A stretch of 64,000 bases of DNA. Source: Octopus vulgaris (taxonomy: Eukaryota). Shown in pieces: positions 58,528 through 64,000 of the stretch (positions are counted from its first letter, which is position 1; each line of letters starts with the position of its first letter). The notes below the pieces were generated by a model, which did no database searches, was not told the DNA's origin, and saw only the letters and a program-made list of their open reading frames with translations. Position numbers and translations under genes: made by a program. The stretch covers positions 142,786,001 to 142,850,000 of the forward strand of contig OX597817.1 in assembly GCA_951406725.2 (NCBI GenBank). The letters are read 5' to 3'.

Positions 58528-59613
58528 CAGGCAGGCAGTCTATGAATAAAAGATTTATATACGTGTGTATGCGTATATATATGGGTGTGTGTATGTGTGT
58601 GTTTGTGTGTATGTGTGTTTGTGTGTGTGTGTGCGCGAGTGTGTGTGTTGTGTGCATAACATAGACAATGAATAAAAGATATGCGTTTATATACATATAT
58701 ACAGTATATATATATATATATATATATACTGTATAATGAGAGAATGAGAGTGCAGGAGGGGTAGAGAGATAGGTTAAGCGAAATGTTGATATAAGCAACA
58801 GAACAATGATAACGGGAGAGGAAGAGAGAGAGAGAGAGAGAGAGTGTGTGAGAGAGAGTGAGAATGAGAGAGAGAGAGGGGTGAGAGAGGTGTTGATGAA
58901 ATGTACGGTAGGTAACGAAAGGAGCCCGTGTGTTGATATAGCGTAATGTATAATTCCATCTGATTCCATCGACGTAATCTCGATCTGTTTCTGAAACCCA
59001 AGACACCGCTTTATTGATTATTTTATCGATTTCGGGTTTGGATAAGAGACTTAAATTCGACCACGATGGCAATTGGCTTCCGAAGTAACCGTCTTATTGA
59101 GAACCGTTAAATCTCGAGACAAGTTGCTTTCTTTACATGAAGATTACGTAGACAAGATAATTGCTGATACTGGGGCAGAAATGGTTGGTATGGTCAGCAA
59201 GCTCGTTTCACAACCACGTGGTTCCGGGTTGAGTCCCATTGCGTGGCACTGAGGGCAAGTGTCTTCTACAATAGCCTCAGCCCTGACCATTACTTTGCAA
59301 GAAGGTGAAGTGCTAGACGGAAACTGAAGGAAGAGTGTCGTTTGTGTATTTGTGTGTGTTTGTGTGTCTGTGTGTGTGCGTTTGTCCCCACTACAGCTTG
59401 ACAATAGGAGTTGGCGTATTTATGTCCCCGCAATTTTGCGGTTTGGTAAAAAGAAAACAAACGAATTGAACAAGTTTCAAGCTTTAAAAAAAATAGTAAA
59501 CAATCGATTCATTCGACTAGAAATTCTCGAAGCCGGTGTCACATCATGGCTGCGGTTTCATAACTGAAGGAAGTAAAAGATAAAAGATAAACGATAACAA
59601 TAAAAAGTTGCAG

Positions 59614-59952
59614 ATATAGACGCAGGCAGGGCTATATAAGCACAGGCGTGTCTATATAGGCGCAACGTGGTTATATAGGCGCATGCGTGGCTATATTGGC
59701 GCAGGCTTGGCAATATAGGCGCAGGCGTGGCTATATAGGCGCAGGTATGTCTATATAGGCACAAGTGTGGCTATATAGGCGCAGGCTTGGCTATATAGGC
59801 GCAAGCATGGCTATATAGGCGCAGGCGTGGCTATATAGGCGCATGCTTGTCTATATAGGCGCAAGCGTGGCTCTATATGCGCAGGCATGGCATTATAGGC
59901 GCAGGTGTGTATATATATGCGCAAGCTTGGCTATATAGGCGCAGGCGTGGCT
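59614..59952 (+). repeat. Minisatellite, 17 units of ~20 bp (ATATAGGCGCAGGCGTGGCT)
   Basis: Counted directly; the last unit is the 5' end of the SINE that follows. Confidence 0.95.
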
Positions 59953-60160
59953 CTGTTGTAAGAAACTTGCTTCCCAAGCACATGGCTCTGGGTTCAGTCC
60001 CACTGCGTGGCACCTTGGGCCAATGGCTTCTACTGTAGCCTGGGCCTACCAAAACCTTGTGCGTGGATTTCGTAGAAGGAAACTGATTTATTTTGTCTTA
60101 CTAAACGCTTCAAGACGGTACTCCAGCATAGCCGCAACCCACTGACTGAAACAAGTAAGA
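59938..60160 (+). mobile_element. SINE family GGCGCAGGCGTGGCT...GGGTTCAGTCCCACTGCGTGGCACCTTGGGC (very abundant in the window)
   Basis: Same head and body at ~27371, ~46897, ~55270-55440 (-), ~57840-57990 (-) and throughout the tRNA array. Confidence 0.8.
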
Positions 60161-60598
60161 GTTAAACAATTCTGTGATACGGTATTATCGTACAGCCAGC
60201 CGTCGTTCGCGATCTCTCGTATTACTCTGTAGCATGTGTCCTGCTTACATTAAACGTTGTGTCTTTAAAGTCGACAGCAAACATGGATCCCTCAAACCTG
60301 ACCCAGTGAAACATCAATGATATGACAGCTGGAGAGAGAGAAGGGAGAAGGGGGTCGGTCAACACCAATACTGAGTTGGTACCCATTTACGGCTAAGTAG
60401 ACTGAAACTAATTAAAATAAAGAGCCTTACTCAAGGAGGCAACGCACTGCTCAGTCTGCGAATTGAACCTACCTGCAGCCTTGTGGTCATAATAAGGGCA
60501 GTCTATCAATTAGGCTATGAGCATTTACTTGGATTTCGATTTTGCAGTCATTTAAATTGAAAACAATTTTTCCTCTTTTGTTTTTGCAACAAAATATA

Positions 60599-61876
60599 TC
60601 AGGCCATCCCATAAGTTCTGTCCGAATTTTGAATAAAGAAAACAAGTGATCAAATGTTATATTAAATTGAAATTTAATCATCACTGTAGTCTCCCTGATT
60701 ATCTGTGACTTCCTTCCATCTATTTACAAGCTTTTAGATCCCATCAATGTAAAACTCTTTTGGTTTCACAGCGAAGAACTCTGAAATGTCAGTTTTGACA
60801 TTCTCCTGGCTTGCAAAAGTTATGTCCCCCAAATGATTCTGTAAACTACGAAACAAATGGTAGTCTGAAGGAGCAAGTTCGGGAGAATAAGGTGGATGAG
60901 GAATTTTTTCCCAACCAAGCTCATCGATCTTCTGTGATGTGATCTTTGCAGTGTGGGGTCGCACATTGTCCTGATGAAATATCACTCCTTTTCGATTCAC
61001 TAAATCGAGTTTTTTTCCTTCAAAGCTTGGTTCAAACGCTCTAATTTCTGAGAGTAGACTTGAGCATTGATTGTTGCATTAAATGGTGACAATTCAAAGT
61101 GAATTTACTCCTTTGCAATCCCACCAGATAGAGACGAGAAACTTTTTTCCATGAAGTTCCTTACTCGGTTGTGGTTGAGCTTTTTCCCTTTTACCAAGCC
61201 ACTGTTTATCATTTCGATAGAAGATCCATTTTCCGTCACCAGTCACAAGTCTATCCAAAAAGGGTGAAATGAGTTCGCGAGAATAGAGAGAAGAACAGGT
61301 GTCAACTCGAGATTTGCAGTTGCATTCGGACAATTCATGAGGCACCCATTTTCCAAGTTTAGGAACCTTTCCAAGTTGTTGAAAATGACGATGAGCAGTT
61401 GTATGGTTTGAACTAAGCTTTATTGCCAATTCTTCATCTGATAATGCAGGATTTTCTTGAAGTAATGCCTCAAGGAGCTTATCATCAAACTCAACTGGAC
61501 GTCCTGTTCGATCTTCATCTTCAAGGCTGATATCTCCACTTCTGAATTTTGCAAACCATCTTCTGCAAGTTATTTCATTCAAGTATTCTTTCCCATAAAC
61601 TGAGTGTATGTTTCGAGTCGCTTCGGCTACAGAGTTTCCTTTTTTGTACTCATAAAGCATTATGTGCCTCAAATGCTCTTTGGATACTTCCATGTTAGAA
61701 AGGGTTTTAATCAAAGAAATTTTAATTCTATTATTCTGTAAAATAATATTTAATTAGTTTAAATGTACACAAATACATAAAAATGATTTTAAATTCCATT
61801 AGACATTCTAAAATAATATTAAATTTCATTCAATTTAAAAAAAGTAAAATCGAACAGAAATTACGGGATGACCTCA
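60599..61876 (-). mobile_element. Full-length mariner DNA transposon (1278 bp)
   Basis: ~30-bp imperfect TIRs TCAGGCCATCCCATAAGTTCTGTCCGA / TCGAACAGAAATTACGGGATGACCTCA, each flanked by TA. Confidence 0.9.
60674..61693 (-). pseudogene. Mariner D,D34D transposase, frameshifted
   Basis: WVPHEL, TGDGKW, HQDNVRPH and HPPYSPELAPSDYHLF motifs split over ORFs 61094-61714 and 60734-61000. Confidence 0.93.
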
Positions 61877-62120
61877 TAGAAAGGAAATTCGTTCAATATT
61901 TATCGTTGTTCTTGTTGTTTAATCCCAGGTAAGGAAAGATGAAGTAGACAAGTGGCCAAAGATATTACGTCCGTGTCCATCCCACCGTTAAGTCAAGTGT
62001 TTTTAAAGGAACTTTATCTCGTGTTTCAGTAATGTTTCAAGACGGTAAGAGCATTACGTATCATTTAAGGGATATTTGACTGCTTTTTAGAGCACATTAG
62101 GTTTTACGATTAGAATATAC

Positions 62121-62520
62121 CTTCATCTTCCCACGGTAGATAAAGTGGACGGTCCGCTACCTTCGATTTCACTGGCTGAATTTACCCTCTATCTTTCTAG
62201 TGTAGATAACGTAGACGGCCCCCTACTTTTGATTTTACTAGCTGTCCTAGATGTTTCCAGTGTAGATAACTCTCTCTTTAGATTTTGCTGATCGAATTTA
62301 TCTTCGATCTTACAAGAATAAATAAAGCTCCGCTTTTAGTTCTACTGATCGAATTTATATTCATCTTTCCATAATAGATAAATCAGTTGTCTCCCTTTAG
62401 ATTTTCCTGGTCGAATCATTATTCTATCTTTCTACATCAGATAAAGCTTATGGTTTTGTCTTTATCTTTATATTTTTCAGGTTACATTTCCCTTCCGACC
62501 TTCCAGGGTAGATAAAGTGG
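62121..62520. repeat. Degenerate minisatellite, about 7 units of 50-65 bp
   Basis: Recurring TAGATAA and GATTTT.CTG.TCGAATTTA. Confidence 0.6.
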
Positions 62521-62759
62521 GTATCTGTATGCGTAATATGCATGACTGATTCCCGAAATGTAACATTCTTCCCGAAAAAATATGGCTTTGTTGTCTAATA
62601 AAGAAATCGATATCGATTAGGCAAAATACATATCGAGACAATAGAATCATTTAACCTCATCTTCACAGATAAAACATTTGTTCATATATACATACGTGCA
62701 GACGCACACACACACACATACATAAATAAATACGTATATATATATATATATGTATATAT

Positions 62760-62805
<46 letters not shown>

Positions 62806-62911
62806 GTATATATATAAATAAATATATATTGTGTATATATAAATATACATATATATTAAATGCACACACACACGTGTGTATACATATGTATGCGTGCATA
62901 TATGTATGTAA

Positions 62912-62963
<52 letters not shown>

Positions 62964-64000
62964 GATGTTTCGCTTGGTTTCATCTTCGATCACCATCGAT
63001 TAAAAGAAACTTGATGTCGATCGGAGATAAAAGCCATCGAAACTTATTACACAGAATAAACATTTTAATTTCATTTTTTCTAAAGTGTAAGTTAACAGTC
63101 CGAATGAACTGTAATATTATTAAGAATAACTCATTTCAGATATTTTAAGTATCCAATATACATATAAATAGTCTTAGTGTTTTGGTATGATGAACATCTG
63201 CGTAAAAAAAATACACAGGAATCGAATATAATTCGTTAAATTTTAAATATATCATTACAAGTGTAAGTTTATTGATGTCCAAGTTTAAGGCTGTTTCTGT
63301 TGTTGCTGTTCTTCATCTTCTACTGCTTTTTCTTCGTCTTCTTCTTCTTGAGTAAGATGAATACGGCGATGACTATCATAATTATGATGATGATGATGAA
63401 AATTGTGTTATTTAAATACGGAGTGACTATGCGGAGGAGTGATAAGTATAAATACAAAATTGTTACCGGTTCAAATGATAACAAGTTTGATGATACTCAA
63501 CTTCATGAAATTATATTATAATTCATTTAATATTTCATGCCTTCCGTATCCGTATCTATAAACAGTCTGTTTCTACATATTTCTGCATCATCAGTATAGA
63601 ATTATAGATTGTCAGTTCATATCAGTATAAGTAATTTAGTAATAAGTAATAAGTAATAAGTATTTTAGAGTGTCTTCATTCTAAATTGAACCAACGTAAA
63701 ACGGAAGCGGAAATGGTGTCATTCATATTTTTAGGGTCAGTGAGAGAGAGGTAATATTTGAATTATTCAATGAATATCTGGTCAACTCAAAGCAATCTTT
63801 TGAAATTTAAATATTCTTTTATTCTTTTACTTGTTTCAATCATTTCACTGCGGCCTTGCTGGAGCACCGCCTTTAGTCGAAAAAATAGAACCCACGACTA
63901 TTCTTTATAAGCCTAGTACTTATTCTATCGGTCGCTTTTGCCGAACCGCTAAGTTACGGGTACACAAACATTCCAACATCTGTTGTCAAGCGATGTTGGC

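Noticed and set aside
59614-59952. CRISPR-like array
   Set aside because: Units are contiguous with no unique spacers, context is eukaryotic and there are no cas genes

Overview
Gene-poor, microsatellite- and SINE-rich eukaryotic DNA. The repeat families look cephalopod (Octopus-like), which is inference from pattern recall, not a search. No host protein-coding gene is supported; almost all listed ORFs are microsatellite or SINE artefacts. Positions 1 to ~31.5 kb are a segmentally duplicated tRNA-Leu(TAA) array of 23 copies (10 intact, 1 borderline, 12 degenerate). Every + copy faces a - copy convergently, and the copies share a fixed-spacing upstream box at -40..-20. A ~3.2 kb Helitron-like element and several Penelope-like fragments interrupt the array. 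The right half has an R4/Dong-like LINE fragment sitting in (TAA)n, a full-length frameshifted mariner, two long palindromes and a SINE-derived 20-bp minisatellite. The least expected signal is five minimal hammerhead-ribozyme motifs in four sequence contexts. Two belong to a composite element (tRNA-like Pol III head, (TAA)n, hammerhead tail). One copy of it forms a head-to-head inverted dimer bounded by a 13-bp direct repeat (36936-39377).
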